Of a DNA stretch of 64,000 nt, positions 32,883 through 42,188 are shown piece after piece (positions within the stretch are counted from its first letter, which is position 1; every line of letters begins with the position of its first letter). The notes beneath the pieces were generated by a model, which did not search any database, was not told the origin of the DNA, and was given only the letters and a program-made list of their open reading frames with translations. Source of the stretch: Nodosilinea sp. LVE1205-7 (GTDB lineage Bacteria; Cyanobacteriota; Cyanobacteriia; Phormidesmidales; Phormidesmidaceae); NCBI GenBank assembly GCA_041879365.1, contig CP089923.1, positions 1,399,095-1,463,094 on the forward strand, read 5' to 3'. The position numbers were made by a program, and so were the translations under genes.

Positions 32883-34433
32883 ATGCTCATCATGTATAAC
32901 TCAGACAATTCAAGAGATAGAGCACTAGTAAGTACAATCTTCTCTGGAAAAGTGAAGTCTATGGTTAATCAATTAAGAGAGATGAACTATCAACACAGGG
33001 AGCTATACAGCCGTATTCAGGCATTTTCTTTAGATCAACCAAATACTCAGTTATTGTTTCACAAGCGATTGGCTAGGGATAATGGTTGGTCGATAGGCTA
33101 TGCTCAGAGAGTGATTGAGGAATATAAAAAGTTTGTATTTCTAGCTGTTGCAGCAGGTCATCCTGTCACGCCATCCGATCAAGTTGATCAAGTTTGGCAT
33201 TTGCATTTGACTTATACACGATCGTACTGGCAAGAGTTCTGCCCCAAAATTTTGCAGACCACATTACATCATGATCCAACTCGTGGAGGTTCATCCGAGC
33301 AATTAAAATTTGACAACTGGTATAGCAAAACACTAGAGAGTTACCAACAGTTTTTTGGACAGATTCCTCCAATTGACATTTGGCCCAAACCTAAAGACCG
33401 ATTTGGGCGCGATTTACATTTTATCCGGATCAACACTCAAGAAAATTGGGTTTTGACAAAACCCAATTTCAAAATCTCCTTCAAACCACAACTGCAACAA
33501 GGAGTAACCTTTTCCTTTTTATTTGTGCTTGCGCTTGTTGTAACTAGCTGTCAAGTAATCTCCCAAATTCCTAACCCAATCAATTTTACAGGTTCGGAAT
33601 TTTTAACGTTCTATATTTCGATAGCAGTGATAGGAATTGCTTTGGCTACCTGGCTACGTTTTTCTCTTCGCTTGCCTAACGGGATCACAAATAAACACCC
33701 TGATTTAAATGCTTACGAGATAGCTTTCTTAGCTGGCGGCAATAATCGCATGATTATGACTGCGATCACCAGTTTAGTAAAACAAGGCTATGTAGAGGTA
33801 GCAAAAGAAAAACTACCATCTTTTATTGGTAGCATAACGCAAAGAAAACTGGCTTTGAGAACAAGTATTGATAATATTACTGACCCTGTAGAAAAGGCAG
33901 TTGCACAAAATATTTTCACAACTGATGGAGGAATTGAACAGGTCTTGCAGAAATCCACAGTAGTGGAGGATAGTATTCGCTCCCGCCTACAACAATTGAG
34001 CTTGTTTCTAAGTAATGATCAGGCAGTCAAAGCACAACTTTATCCATCGTTGATTGTACTTATTCTCTTAGGGCTAGGCTTATGTAAAGTATTTGTCGGA
34101 ATTTCTCGCGATAAGCCAGTTGGTTTTCTTTTGATGTGTATGTGGGTGCTTCTAGTTTTGGGATCAAGGTTTTTTGTAAAACCATATCGTAGCCGTTATG
34201 GAGATCGCATTTTTAATGATTTAACAAATCGCTCACAAGACTTAAAAACAGCCAATAGCAGCGATTCTAAGCTTCCACTTGCGGTTGCGTTGTTTGGAGC
34301 AACAGTTCTGACAGCCGATAGTGCTTTAGCAGATTTGCATCAAATGTTGGTTTCTACAGCTGGTGGTGGCGGCGATGGCGGCGATGGTGGCGGTTGCGGT
34401 GGTGGCGGTTGTGGTGGATGCGGTGGTGGTTGA
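32883..34433 (+). CDS. Fusion of a DUF1399 (glycine-rich-domain protein, GRDP-like) N-terminal domain with a TIGR04222-like membrane domain ending in a Gly/Cys tail
   Basis: The N-terminus (LFHKRLARDNGWSIGYAQRVIEEYKKFVFLAVAAGHPVTPSDQVDQVWHLHLTYTRSYW) matches the DUF1399 core. Several TM helices follow, and the gene ends AGGGGDGGDGGGCGGGGCGGCGGG*. Confidence 0.55.
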   Translation: MLIMYNSDNSRDRALVSTIFSGKVKSMVNQLREMNYQHRELYSRIQAFSLDQPNTQLLFHKRLARDNGWSIGYAQRVIEEYKKFVFLAVAAGHPVTPSDQVDQVWHLHLTYTRSYWQEFCPKILQTTLHHDPTRGGSSEQLKFDNWYSKTLESYQQFFGQIPPIDIWPKPKDRFGRDLHFIRINTQENWVLTKPNFKISFKPQLQQGVTFSFLFVLALVVTSCQVISQIPNPINFTGSEFLTFYISIAVIGIALATWLRFSLRLPNGITNKHPDLNAYEIAFLAGGNNRMIMTAITSLVKQGYVEVAKEKLPSFIGSITQRKLALRTSIDNITDPVEKAVAQNIFTTDGGIEQVLQKSTVVEDSIRSRLQQLSLFLSNDQAVKAQLYPSLIVLILLGLGLCKVFVGISRDKPVGFLLMCMWVLLVLGSRFFVKPYRSRYGDRIFNDLTNRSQDLKTANSSDSKLPLAVALFGATVLTADSALADLHQMLVSTAGGGGDGGDGGGCGGGGCGGCGGG

Positions 34434-34906
34434 TTGAAAACCGTCTAACATTCGCTTGGAGCGGACTGACGAAAATCCTTAGTTTATTGTAGAGATTGTT
34501 AGCAGCCTCTCAAGTGGAGCGTTACCCACGAAGGTCCGCCTAAAGTCATGGGGAGACAGGCCCGCGATCGCCCACCGAACGGGGGTATTGACTGCCTTAA
34601 CTGGGATATTGGCCGAGGAGCAGCGATCGCCCCACCAATACAGCTCCTGGGGCTAGGGCTATTGCCAAGACTTAGCCCCACGGCACCGGAGATCGCAGCA
34701 GAACCCCCCGCCACCCATGAGTCACCCCACACAGCGGATACCTTCGGCCCCCTCAGACCTGGTCACCTTAAACTCACCTGAAGGCCGCACAGCCCTGCTG
34801 GATCACTGGTTGACGCTGTGGCTAGAGCGCCTGAACAACACGCCTTCTCTACCCAGCCCTTTATCGATGCTGCCCAGCAACGCCTCTGGGAACTAGCAGA
34901 GTAAAG

Positions 34907-36189
34907 TGTACCCCGTTGTCTAGACAGTTAGGGTAGGAATTTAAAGTAGAGTCGCCATTTAGTTCATTTTCTTTCTCTACGTCTCTTTTTTACATCACTA
35001 TCCTCCTGCTTACTGAAGTAGACACTGGCTGGCGGCCTATAGTTCAGTGACTGGTGTAGCCGCTCCTGGTTATAAAACCGAAAATAACGCTCCAGATTCT
35101 CAATGGCACTTGAAACACTGTCGTAGTCTTTGAGGTAGACCTCTTCGTACTTGACGGTACGCCACAGCCGTTCCACGAAAATGTTATCAAAAGCCCGGCC
35201 CTTGCCGTCTTGAGAAATTTGGATCGCTCGCCCCTCTAACGCCCCTGTAAAGGCCAGGCTGGTAAATTGACTGCCCTGATCTGAGTTAAAGATCGTAGGC
35301 TGACTGACCTGCAGCGCCTCCTCCAGGGCCACCAAACAAAAATGCACATCCATGGTATTCGATAGCTGCCAGGACAGTACATAACGGCTGTACCAGTCCA
35401 TCACCGCTACCAAATACACAAACCCATTCGCCAGCCGAATATAGGTAATATCCGTGCTCCACACCAGATCGGGGCGGTCAATACACAGCCCCCTCAGCAA
35501 GTAGGGATACCGGCGAGCGTTGTCCCCAGCTATCGTTGTCCGGGGCTTCGGATAGATCGCCTGAATCCCCATCTGACGCATGATCCGCGCCACCCGCTTA
35601 TGATTGACCGCCTCGCCCTGTTGTCTCAACCAGGCGGTCATTCGGCGCACCCCGTAAAACGGCGTCGCCGTGTATTGTTCGTCTATTCGTTCCATCAGAT
35701 GTAACTCGTAAGGGTCAATCGCCACTGGTTCGTAGTACCAGCTAGACCGCGCCAGCTCTAGTAACTCACATTGTCGACGGATACTCAGCTGAGGATGCTC
35801 TGGCTCCACCAGCCGTCGTTTATTCGCCAGCGGTAAGGCCAGATTTTTTTTCAACCAGTCCACTTCTACCTTCAGTTGACCGATTTGTTGATAAAGTTGG
35901 GCGGTTAGCTCTTCCTGGTCTTTACGGCCCTGGGCTCGCCGTGACGAAAAAATGCCAGGAAGCTCATCGAGCACCTGCTTCTTCCATTGGTTGATCTGGC
36001 TGGCATGGACGCCATACTCACTCGATAGTTCGTTCACAGTTTTTAGCCCCTTGATGGCCTCTAGAGCCACCTTAGCCTTGAAGTCCGCACCATGTCGCTT
36101 GCGCTGCATTTCCCTGTTGATCTCCGTATAGCTACTGAATTGCTGGGCAGCGACTCTATCTTATTTCCCTGTACAGTTTCCGGGGTACA
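34907..36189 (-). mobile_element. IS3-family insertion sequence (1283 bp) with terminal inverted repeats TGTACCCCG…
   Basis: The left end TGTACCCCGTTG… matches the reverse complement of the right end …CCGGGGTACA, and both ends carry AGAGTCGC. Encodes an OrfAB-type transposase. Confidence 0.8.
34964..36109 (-). CDS. IS3-family transposase (HTH OrfA part fused in-frame to the DDE integrase-core OrfB part)
   Basis: 381 aa: HTH region (…ALEAIKGLKTVNELSSEYGVHASQINQWKK…), leucine-zipper-like segment, then an rve/DDE core (…WSTDITYIRL…NSDQGSQFTS…). An A8 run (35855-35862) sits exactly where IS3 elements carry their -1 frameshift window. Confidence 0.85.
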   Translation of the reverse strand: MQRKRHGADFKAKVALEAIKGLKTVNELSSEYGVHASQINQWKKQVLDELPGIFSSRRAQGRKDQEELTAQLYQQIGQLKVEVDWLKKNLALPLANKRRLVEPEHPQLSIRRQCELLELARSSWYYEPVAIDPYELHLMERIDEQYTATPFYGVRRMTAWLRQQGEAVNHKRVARIMRQMGIQAIYPKPRTTIAGDNARRYPYLLRGLCIDRPDLVWSTDITYIRLANGFVYLVAVMDWYSRYVLSWQLSNTMDVHFCLVALEEALQVSQPTIFNSDQGSQFTSLAFTGALEGRAIQISQDGKGRAFDNIFVERLWRTVKYEEVYLKDYDSVSSAIENLERYFRFYNQERLHQSLNYRPPASVYFSKQEDSDVKKRRRERK

Positions 36190-36385
36190 TCATAGAGGAA
36201 GACGCTCTGGAATTGGGTGCAGCGGACTACGATTACGTCCGATCGTGGATATCAGAGTCGCTAGAGAGGCGGCACCTGGCCCAAACCTACAACGACGACA
36301 AAAAACGCGTCCAACGGAAGGCGGTGAGCCACCGATGACGCGAGTTGTCTCTTATTTCAAGACCTTCGGTGGAGAGTGATCAGAA

Positions 36386-36676
36386 TTTTGTGTAAACCCT
36401 GGTTTTGGCAACCAGAAATCAATGATTTCAGCCTGATCTGGCAATGTTTTCTGAACGGGTGCATCCCACTTTTGTAGCCCTCACCCTAAATCCCTCTCCC
36501 AAGGCGGGAGAGGAATTTAGAATCCGGCTCCCCTTCTCCCAAAAAGGGAGAAGGGGCTGGGGGATGAGGGCAAACTTGCAAAACTGGGATGCACTCTTCT
36601 GAACACTCCCGCTGTTTCCCATTTTGCTATCCTGTTTCCAGGACGTTTCAATTTCTGACCAAATCCCCGTTTACCT
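36386..36676. mobile_element. MITE family B copy 2, carrying a nested 140 bp insertion and truncated at its right TIR by MITE A copy 2
   Basis: Collinear with 27484-27628 except for the inserted block 36457-36596. The right end stops at GTTTAC, where MITE A (GGTTGACTGACAAAAC) begins. Confidence 0.5.
36457..36596. mobile_element. MITE family D nested inside MITE B, flanked by an 8 bp target-site duplication TTCTGAAC
   Basis: TTCTGAAC occurs once in the uninterrupted copy 1 (…GTTTTCTGAACACTCCCG…) and twice here (36449-36456 and 36597-36604), flanking an element with TIRs GGGTGCATCCCA…TGGGATGCACTC. Confidence 0.6.
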
Positions 36677-36818
36677 GGTTGACTGACAAAACATTGACTT
36701 ACGGCGGTTCAAACCGCTGCTATCCAGACGAAGTCGGCCTTTGCCGACTGACCCAAAACCCGCGTAGGCGGGTTTTGCCTGTCTAGGCGCGGCCAGCGTT
36801 GAGAGTTTTGTCAGAAAT
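36677..36818. mobile_element. MITE family A copy 2 (inverted relative to copy 1; distal TIR partly truncated)
   Basis: The reverse complement aligns over about 140 bp with 22701-22854, with a ~10 bp indel. The left TIR GGTTGACTGACAAAAC is intact; the right end is GTTTTGTCAGAAATGG. Confidence 0.6.
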
Positions 36819-36966
36819 GGCTCAAGGACCCCAAGGGGCGCACCCTCAGCCCAGAAGACATTGCCCATTACCAGCCTATGGTTGTCGCCCTGCAAGAAAC
36901 CATCCGACTAATGCAGCAAATTGACGAAGCTATCCCAGGATTCCCGATTACTTAGGAGGCATCCCT

Positions 36967-37581
36967 ATGACTAGACCTGCCATTCTCCAGCCCGGACAGT
37001 CCTACACTTTTAGGCAATACTTTGAGATGGCCTACGAGCCAGAAGATATTCTGGCAGAGTTTGGCTACACCCTGAATCGATCGATTCTATCTTTGCCCCA
37101 ATCCGCCGCAGACCTCGATCGGCTTGACAATCTTAAAACTCGTATTCAAGAAAGCCTCCCCTACATCAGTCTTACGAGTGAAGCTGCCCGCCGCGAACTG
37201 CTCATTGCTCCTTTGCTACTCGACGTGGTGCATTACACCCGTGCCCAACTCCGCATCGAATATCCCCTCACCGTTACAGAACAGCTTAAAGGTTCTCTCG
37301 ATTATTACCTCTACTCGGTTGGCAAATTGCTAGTCATTGAAGCAAAAAATGCCGACTTAGCCAAAGGCTTTACCCAGCTTGCCGTTGAACTCATCGCTCT
37401 CGACAAATGGATAGACAGCGAACAACCGATTCTGCAAGGAGCCGTTTCCACAGGCGATATCTGGCAATTTGGCGTCTTACACCGAGAGCAAAAGCAAATT
37501 CAACAGGGTTTTACCCTCTACCGGGTTCCCGATGATCTAGAGAGCCTGATTCGCATCCTGATCAAGATTTTGGAGCCATAA
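36967..37581 (+). CDS. Hypothetical protein, possibly PD-(D/E)XK nuclease-like
   Basis: 204 aa. The motif …LDVVHYT…KLLVIEAKNADLAK… resembles a D…(D/E)xK nuclease core. Weak assignment. Confidence 0.4.
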   Translation: MTRPAILQPGQSYTFRQYFEMAYEPEDILAEFGYTLNRSILSLPQSAADLDRLDNLKTRIQESLPYISLTSEAARRELLIAPLLLDVVHYTRAQLRIEYPLTVTEQLKGSLDYYLYSVGKLLVIEAKNADLAKGFTQLAVELIALDKWIDSEQPILQGAVSTGDIWQFGVLHREQKQIQQGFTLYRVPDDLESLIRILIKILEP

Positions 37582-37819
37582 AACTACCATGCCCAGAGCC
37601 GCCATTATTAGCCCGATCAGTCCTACACCTTTGGCGACGAACTATAGCAGATTTCATTCGGGCGAAGTGCGATGTGAACACCCCCTGCCCCCTTGCCAAG
37701 GCTACGGTGTACAGCGTCAAACCCCTACAGTTAGGCGCTGGGGGGTAGGATTGAGCAATGGGGTGTCTCACTCTATGGAAAACCGCTATATACCTGAGCC
37801 CTTTTCAAATAACCCCTAA

Positions 37820-37891
37820 AGCCGATGGCGGGATTTGAACCCGCGACCGCTCGATTACGAATCGAGTGCTCTACCACTGAGCCACATCGGC
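37820..37891 (-). tRNA. tRNA-Thr (anticodon CGT)
   Basis: Reverse complement GCCGATGTGGCTCAGTGGTAGAGCACTCGATTCGTAATCGAGCGGTCGCGGGTTCAAATCCCGCCATCGGCT; anticodon loop TTCGTAA. Confidence 0.85.
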
Positions 37892-37898
37892 AAACCCG

Positions 37899-38037
37899 CT
37901 TAGAGGTTGTTTGAAGAGTCAAAAAGAATATCAGACTATACCTAGAGAGTCGGATAATCATCGCAAAATTCCGTATTTTAGCGACCCCTTGGCGGCGAAC
38001 TATACCTGGGACAACCCCCTTCAAACAACCTCTTAAG
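37899..38037. mobile_element. MITE family C copy 1 (TIR CTTAGAGGTTGTTTGAAG), 8 bp from the 5' end of tRNA-Thr
   Basis: 139 bp; CTTAGAGGTTGTTTGAAG…CTTCAAACAACCTCTTAAG are 18/19 bp near-perfect terminal inverted repeats. Related copies at 57640-57776 and 58386-58523. Confidence 0.6.
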
Positions 38038-38198
38038 ATAGTATAACAACAGCGCCGGACCAGGACATCAGGCAATTCCTGAAGCCAGCTTGATAGCCTT
38101 AGCCCTGGGTAGGTCAGCATGGTTACCCAATATTCCCTTTAGCAATTAGCCTGGCCTCAGGGCTCTAGCTAAGTTTTATATCCTGTAGAGCCAATTCT

Positions 38199-38465
38199 AT
38201 GCCAGCGGATCCTTCCAAATCATCCAACTCCAACCTTAGACCAGAACAGTATGCTCGTTTAAAGGCGGAAGCCAGGGCTCCCTACCGGGGGCTACGCAAG
38301 GTAATTTACGCCACCGCTGGAGCCTCAGGGGCGATCGGTGCCCTAATTATGATTACTCGCTTAATGGCAGGAGCCGAGGTCGGTACCACCCTTACCAACT
38401 TGGGTATTCAGGCGGTGGTTTTACTGGTAGTTATCGGGTTATTTCGTCTGGAAAGTCGTCCCTAA
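38199..38465 (+). CDS. Small membrane protein (DUF3493-like, conserved in cyanobacteria and plastids)
   Basis: 88 aa with two hydrophobic segments and a Lys/Arg-rich N-terminus. Family assignment is from memory of the motif AGASGAIGALI. Confidence 0.45.
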   Translation: MPADPSKSSNSNLRPEQYARLKAEARAPYRGLRKVIYATAGASGAIGALIMITRLMAGAEVGTTLTNLGIQAVVLLVVIGLFRLESRP

Positions 38466-38836
38466 GCTGCGAACTTACCGCAGTAATTGCTTCACAGTGT
38501 TGATCATATCTTCAGGGTGAAAGGGCTTACTAATGTAAGCATCAGCCCCTTGTTTCAAACCCCAATAGTGATCATGCTCCTCGCCCTTAGAGGAACACAG
38601 AATCACCGGTATAGTTTTGGTCGTTACATTTTTTTCAACCAGCGACAAAGTTCATAACCGTTCATATTGGGCATGACAATATCGAGCACCACCAAGTCCG
38701 GTGGTTGCACCTCAATCATGGCCTGGGCTTCAGCCCCATCCCTGGCTTCTACAACGGTTAGGCCAGCTTTGGTTAACAGCCCTGAAATCATTTCTCGCAA
38801 GGTTGAACTATCGTCGACAATTAACACCGTACTCAT
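38466..38836 (-). CDS. Single-domain response regulator (CheY-like receiver); frameshift at a T7 run (38629-38635)
   Basis: MSTVLIVDDSSTLREMISGLL…DLVVLDIVMPNMNGYELCRWLKK, then in the other frame NVTTKTIPVILCSSKGEEHDHYWGLKQGADAYISKPF…; A7 to A8 on the coding strand joins them. The phospho-acceptor Asp context (VVLDIVMP) and the conserved K (YISKPF) are present. Confidence 0.75.
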
Positions 38837-39234
38837 CACCTGCGCCTCCCCAGAGGATGAACCAGAGGATATTTCCCCCAGACTTGTTGCTACTAAAATC
38901 AACTTACGCAAACTCTAACAGGAGAGTCATCCGTAGTTCAACTCAAATACCAGGGTCCAGGGGTAAAGACCTCGCCATCAGAAGGCGGTAGCAAGTCCAA
39001 AACAGGAGACAATGGAACCATCGCTTGGCGCAGAACCCTGGAAACAGGGTTAACCAGGCAGGCTGGGATCGCTGGCCTGAAAAATGGCCCTGCCTGAGAA
39101 AACAGCCACAAGCACGGCCTGGAGTGACTTTCTGGTTTACCTCCGGCTGGGGCTACCCATATCCAGAATGGAATTAATTCTAGTTGCCATTCCTAAGCGG
39201 TTTTTAATTATCTATTTCTGGTATCTTTCCATCC

Positions 39235-41025
39235 ATGGTTTCCAGTTCCTCTCTCCATCCACTCGAGCGCTTGCTACGCTATGGCCGCCGCTATCGCTAT
39301 CGAATCTGGCAGGCCAGTCTATGCTCGGTGCTAAATAAAACCTTTGACCTGGCACCCCCCGTCTTGATTGGCCTGGCCGTAGATGTTGTGGTTAAGCAGC
39401 AAAATTCCTGGATTGCCGGATGGGGAGTGAGTTCAATTGCCGCTCAGTTTACTGTGCTAGCGGTCCTAACCCTGGTGATCTGGGGTTTAGAGTCTTTATT
39501 TGAATACGCCTACGATGTGTTGTGGCGTAATCTGGCCCAATCTATTCAAAAGGATTTGCGTATTGATGCCTATGCCCACTTGCAAGGCTTGGATATGGTT
39601 TATTTTGAGGATCGCAGTAGTGGTCGGCTGATGGCCATTTTGAATGATGACATCAACCAACTAGAGCGGTTTCTAGACCGGGGTGCCAATGAGGTTTTGC
39701 AGGTCATTACAACGGTGATTTTGATCGGAGGTGCCTTTTTCCTGCTAGCACCAGGGGTGGCCTGGTGGGCCATGCTGCCCATGCCCTTAATTATCTGGGG
39801 GCGATCGCCTTTCAACGCCTGCTGGCCCCTCGCTACGCTCAGGTGCGAGAGCAGGTAGGCTTACTCAACGGTCGGCTGGCCAATAATTTGGCTGGCATGA
39901 TGACCATTAAAAGTTTTACCGCTGAGAATTACGAAATTGAGCGGGTCAGTGCAGAAAGCGAAGCCTACCGCCTCAGTAACCAGCGAGCGATCGCCTTAAG
40001 TGCCCTATTTATCCCCCTGATTCGGGTGTTAATTTTATTTGGCTTTACCGCCACCCTAGTTTACGGGGGCCTGGCTACGGTAGCTGGCCATCTAGCGGTG
40101 GGTACCTACAGTGTACTGGTATTCATTACCCAGCGGTTGCTCTGGCCCCTTACCCGGTTAGGGGAAACCCTGGATCAATATCAACGGGCTATGGCTTCAA
40201 CCCAGCGGGTTTTAGATCTACTGGATACCCCCATAGCCATTTGCCCTGGTCAACAGCGCCTGGCTGCCAGCCAGATTCAGGGCAACATTCAGTTCGAGGC
40301 GGTGAGCTTTACCTACCCCAATCGAGAGCCTGTTATTCAGCGTTTAAATCTATCTATACCAGCCGGGCAAACCATTGCCATTGTGGGGTCAACGGGGTCT
40401 GGCAAAAGTACCCTGGTAAAGCTGCTGTTGCGTTTTTATGAGGTTGGTGAGGGTCGGATTACTCTAGATGGCCTGGATATTAGAGACCTTAACCCTGAGG
40501 ACCTCCGGCGGGCGATTGGCCTGGTCAGTCAGGATGTGTTTTTATTCCACGGCACCGTGGCGGAAAATATTGCCTACGGTAGCTTTGCGGCCAGTCCTGA
40601 AGCGATCGCTTGGGCGGCCCAAATGGCAGAGGCTGACGGGTTTATTCAGGCCTTACCTCAGGGCTACCATACCCTGGTGGGGGAGCGGGGTCAAAAGCTT
40701 TCGGGAGGGCAGCGCCAGCGGCTGGCGATCGCCCGGGCTATTCTCAAAAACCCGCCGATTCTGGTCCTGGATGAGGCCACCTCGGCGGTGGATAACGAAA
40801 CCGAGGCGGCGATCCAGCGATCCCTGAGAAAAAATCACCCAAAACCGTACTACCATTGCCATTGCCCATCGCCTTTCCACCGTCCGTAATGCTCACTGCA
40901 TTTACGTTATGGAAGCAGGTCAGCTGGTGGAAGCCGGTACCCACGAAGAGCTCCTGACCCAGCAGGGACTCTATGCCAGCCTGTGGCAAATTCAAATGGG
41001 AGGACGGGCCGGTAAGCAATTCTAG
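39235..41025 (+). CDS. ABC exporter, fused permease and ATPase (MsbA/type-1 exporter-like); two frameshifts (G5 run 39796-39800; A6 run near 40832)
   Basis: Six-TM domain followed by an NBD with Walker [10 protein letters not shown], signature [14 protein letters not shown] and Walker [13 protein letters not shown]. The C-terminus (…[35 protein letters not shown]…) is read in another frame. Confidence 0.85.
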
Positions 41026-41924
41026 CGCAGGGAAAACCGCCGTACCGCCAGCAAACTACCCATCAACCCCACCAGGGTGCCAAGACCAATTAAGGCTCCA
41101 GGTAAAATAATTAACTGCTGGGGAGTAAGACTCAACCCCTGGGCTAGAAACTGAATAAAATCGGCCTGCTGAACCGCCAGTTCTGCTAAAAACCGCTGAA
41201 TTGCAAACAGCAGGCCCCAGGCCAGGGTAGCCCCGACAATTCCGAAAACAGCACCCTGCAGAATAAAGGGGAGATAAATCCATACCTGGGTAGCCCCCAC
41301 CAGTTGCATAACCTCTATTTCTCGACGGCGAGCCAGCACAATCAGGCGGATGGTGGTGGTAATAACGGCGGTGGCAGTCAGGGTTAAAATTCCAATCACA
41401 AAGGCGCTAGTCCAGCGTAGACCAGCGTTAATCTGTGCTAAACGAATCACCGCTTCGTTAATGTAGCGCACCTCGTCGATTCCCTTCACCTGCTGAAGTT
41501 GGCTGGCGATAGCGGGCACGGCACGGGCATTCCTGGCCTTAACCTTGAGCTCATCCACCAGGGGATTCCCCTTCAGTTGGGTAGTGGCCGCCTCAATATT
41601 GGAAACGCCTAAGTCTTTGACCAGGCTAGCCCAGGCTTCTTCCTTGCTCACCGGAGTCACTGCCACCACATCGGGAATGGTTTCTACCATGGTTTTTAAA
41701 TCGGCGGACTGAAAACCGGTTTCTAAATAGGCCGATACTTCTAACTGGCTGCCAAATTGGTTTAATAATCGTTCAAGTTGCCAGGTTGACTGCAAACTAA
41801 TGCCAAATAAAAATAACAGCACTGTAATGGTGCTGATGGCGGCCCAATTCATCCATCCTCCCCGCCGTAGCCCCAATAGGGTTTCTCGCAACAGGTAGTC
41901 AAACTGGGTAAAAAGCTTCAGCAT
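41022..41924 (-). CDS. ftsX: Cell-division ABC transporter permease FtsX-like
   Basis: 300 aa: N-terminal TM, large periplasmic loop, three C-terminal TMs, consistent with FtsX topology. Confidence 0.8.
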   Translation of the reverse strand: MLKLFTQFDYLLRETLLGLRRGGWMNWAAISTITVLLFLFGISLQSTWQLERLLNQFGSQLEVSAYLETGFQSADLKTMVETIPDVVAVTPVSKEEAWASLVKDLGVSNIEAATTQLKGNPLVDELKVKARNARAVPAIASQLQQVKGIDEVRYINEAVIRLAQINAGLRWTSAFVIGILTLTATAVITTTIRLIVLARRREIEVMQLVGATQVWIYLPFILQGAVFGIVGATLAWGLLFAIQRFLAELAVQQADFIQFLAQGLSLTPQQLIILPGALIGLGTLVGLMGSLLAVRRFSLR

Positions 41925-42188
41925 AGTGACTGGGATGGGGTCTGGTACAGCTATTTAGTAGACCTTAGCATCGATCCACTGACTTCCTGGGGCTGCTTGA
42001 GTTTTAACTCCTGCCGTCCCTTGAGGGGTTGCCAAATCTATGCCACGAAATACTGGGGCATAGTCTTGAACAGAATGGTACAGTTTATTGGCTGGATTAG
42101 CGATCTGTTCAGCAAAAACCTGCCAGGTGGTTTAGGCGATAGTTCTCCAGCTAGGATAACTCCAGCTATCTGTAGGGGTGACCCACCT

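Noticed and set aside
29416-34530. Calling the island an integron
   Set aside because: No intI, Pc or attI is present in the window and the GTCTAAC…GTTAGCA elements are only imperfectly palindromic. Kept as a low-confidence attC-like lead rather than an integron annotation.
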